From: Selaginella moellendorffii
Taxonomy: Eukaryota; Plantae; Lycopodiophyta
Direction of reading: 5' to 3'
DNA: 64,000 bases
Assembly: GCF_000143415.4 (NCBI RefSeq)
Contig: NW_003314277.1
Span: 2,261,193-2,325,192 of the forward strand
This document shows positions 61,433 through 64,000 of the stretch, piece by piece. The position numbers and the translations under genes are program-made. How positions within the stretch are numbered: position 1 is the stretch's first letter; the number at the start of each line of letters is the position of its first letter. The notes under the pieces are model-generated. The model made no database searches, was not told the DNA's origin, and worked only from the letters and a program-made list of their open reading frames with translations.

Positions 61433-62189
61433 AAGCGACTTTGACACTGAAAGCTCATCATACTTTTCTTATCCTTTAAAGAGTATAGTCTTTCCAATTT
61501 AAAGACTCATTAAACTACTTTTGGTGGTTCTTTCCCTTTATTTGGTTTATTTTTCACTAAATTTGTTAAAGATGTCTTCTCTATCTCAATCTAACTATTC
61601 ATTCCTGAGTATCCTTAGTTTTTATCAACATAACCATCACACTTTGAAGCTTTTAGTTTTGACTTCTTGAAGTTAATTTCCTGGATATTTTCGACACCTT
61701 GTATTGCATACATTATGTAACTCCACTTTCCCATTCTAAATTTTTTTACTTGAATCCTCTATTTTATTTCGTGCCACTTTAAACACTAAGTTCCATTTAT
61801 CCATAGTTTGTGCTAGCATAGCTGCTCCCTCCCTTAGAACTTTCATTTTTGCCAAATTAAGCATTTGGGGAATCTATTTTTAGAAACATATTTCTTTTCT
61901 CATAATCTATTAATATCCAACACATAAGTGTTCCTCACTTAACATTGCTATTTGGATTCCTTCTAATGATTTCCATGGCCTATTCTTGGCCACTAATTTT
62001 TTGCTCTTACCTTTTAATTGTTGTATTAAGCAATATAGAATCATTATCTTCATTCTCGAGGCATCTTTTCAGTTCCATAACAAAAGCTCTTGCTTTACCA
62101 AATCCAAAGGGTGTTCACCCCTAATAAGTCTTTTACATTTTTTGCTTTGGGCTTTACTCACAGCCCAACTTTGTGACCCTCCCATGGGA

Positions 62190-62720
62190 TTGAATGAAAG
62201 TACGGAGCTAAATTCCTAAGCATAGAGCCAAGGAGTGACTAAATTAGACCATGGAGCAACTCCCGAGCATACAGCCCAAGGAGCAAAGGGATAGGAGCAC
62301 GGAGCGACTTGGAACAGTCTTAAATAAACACTTTTCATAAATATGAAATGAAATTAACACAAAGGGCATGATAGCGAAAGTGTTTAGCAAACACGGTAAA
62401 CTATTATTTAGCGAGTATTAAGGGACTAAGCTCAATATCATAGGAGTTCCCAACACTAGCAAGTGCAAGTCAACATCATGAGTTTCTCATCACTGTGTCA
62501 AGTCTATTTGACAAATGACAATTTAGAATTTCCTTCCTTAGTACCCTTTCAGTCTAAGTGCATATGTGATGAATAGTTTCTTAATTAGCTTAGGTAGAGA
62601 CTGATAAAGGATTTAGCAATACCGACCTCTTGCTGTCGTGGCAATAAAGAAAGAATATTTGAAAGGACTAGTCAATAGGTAACTTTCGATACCTGAAGTT
62701 ACATTCATGATAGCGATGAT
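62190..62720. repeat. Repeat related to 53350-54210 (part direct, part inverted), probably LTR-derived
   Basis: GGAGCTAAATTCCTAAGCATA..AAGGAG is shared directly with ~53372; 62420-62720 is the reverse-complement homolog of ~53940-54210. Confidence 0.6.
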
Positions 62721-64000
62721 AATATAGTGATCCTCCACAACACTATAATCAGTTCATATGGTTCTGTTCAACAGAAGTTATGCACATATGGTCTGTTGTA
62801 GCATAGATTATCCAAAAATTAGAACATGTACCATGTACTTGGCCAATTGAAAAAAGGGTGAACTTGATAAATTTGGAGCTTCAAGCTTTGGTTGAAACAA
62901 GCTTTAAATTTGAAGAGAACACTTTACACCCACAACCACAAGTTTAACCTTAACATTATTCTCAAGAAGTTCTAAAAACAAAAAATAACAAAAGTGTGAA
63001 GATTATAAATACTTGGTCAAAGGAAACAAAGACAACATACTCAAAAGCATTATAGTTGAAGGTGAAAGTTAAGAGTGTCAACATCAAGTAACAATATTAT
63101 CATCATGAGTATACAATTCTCAATTAAAGAACTAATAGTATAAACGAGAAGGTTTACAAGATCACAATCAACTAATTCCCAAATTGCATTTGCACATATG
63201 TCTTTCAATGTCAAGCTTTTGATAAATCTTTCATTCCTTGCAAGCACATATATTTTGTATATTGTATATTTCTTGGGATGGATCCAAATGTTAAACTTTG
63301 GCTTCATCGTCTTGCAATGTTTGAATATGAGGTGTTTATGACATTGAAAAAGAATTAGAAATTGGTATTGTATTTGATTTTAATAGAAGATAAAGAAATT
63401 TTTATTTATAAATTACATCTAAAAAAATATATAGCATTTCTTATAATAGGGATTTTATGTAATAATAATAAATTTAAAGTTTCCAAGATTATTGAGTAGA
63501 TCACTCGAAGGCAAATGCCCCAAAAGCAAACAAATTTACTCTTCAAGGACTTGATCTCATACCTGTTGAGCTCCATGATCACCCTGAGCAGCTGCTGCTG
63601 GGTCGAGAAGCTCAACAAATCTCATTTACCCCCTCAGTTTTGCCAAGAAGACAATGTCTTGTTCCTCCAAAGGACAAGTGCTGATTCTTGCAGCTTCTGC
63701 CACAAAGCTTGCTGCAACACAAACGCAGGGATCTGCATAGCAAGAAGACTGAGCACATCCAGGCCTGCATTTCCGCTCCTCAAGTGTTGTCCATGCACAG
63801 CGAATCTTGCCACATCCAGGAGCTCCACCATTAGCTCATAGTTACTGCCAAACTTCCTAACGTTGCATACATACGTGTTACAAACGGCATTATGAATGAC
63901 AAATTTTCATCTGAACGCAACGTGTGAACCGAATGTGAAAATTTCCCTAAAGAAAGTGGAAAGAAATCTTTAAAACTTGAAACTTGAACCTTCACCTTCA

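Noticed and set aside
59400-64000. Gene-like fragments (59400-60600 +, 63500-63860 -) and ORFs spanning the N gap
   Set aside because: Interrupted by stops with no recognisable family; gap-spanning ORFs are artefacts.

Overview
Eukaryotic plant nuclear DNA. Genes are densely packed with very short (~50-65 bp) GT-AG introns, which suggests a compact early-diverging land-plant genome such as the lycophyte Selaginella (inferred). The gene-rich part (1-37.5 kb) holds RabA GTPase, a SUPERMAN-like C2H2-EAR factor, rhomboid-like/UBA, a PPR, a FRIGIDA-like gene, a very divergent PEBP, a CCCH-Pumilio, D-cysteine desulfhydrase plus a pseudogene copy, DNA polymerase kappa and Lhca5. The TE-rich part (38-64 kb) holds Helentron, hAT, short LTR elements, nested gypsy elements and a 140-N gap, with PRP6/STA1 and a tRNA-Leu(CAG) inside it. 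The standout is a four-exon gene at 45240-46257 that the ORF track splits into pieces. It encodes a signal peptide, an arabinogalactan/extensin-like Pro-rich peptide and a Hedgehog-type Hint (Hog) autoprocessing domain with an SRR-like region, i.e. a candidate self-cleaving, possibly self-lipidating cell-surface glycopeptide precursor. Other notable points: a TGATG stop-start junction between the FRIGIDA-like and PPR ORFs, a PEBP lacking the DPDxP motif, a decayed REase+kinase (Crinkler-like) gene, and convergent genes sharing one CTAG for their stop codons.
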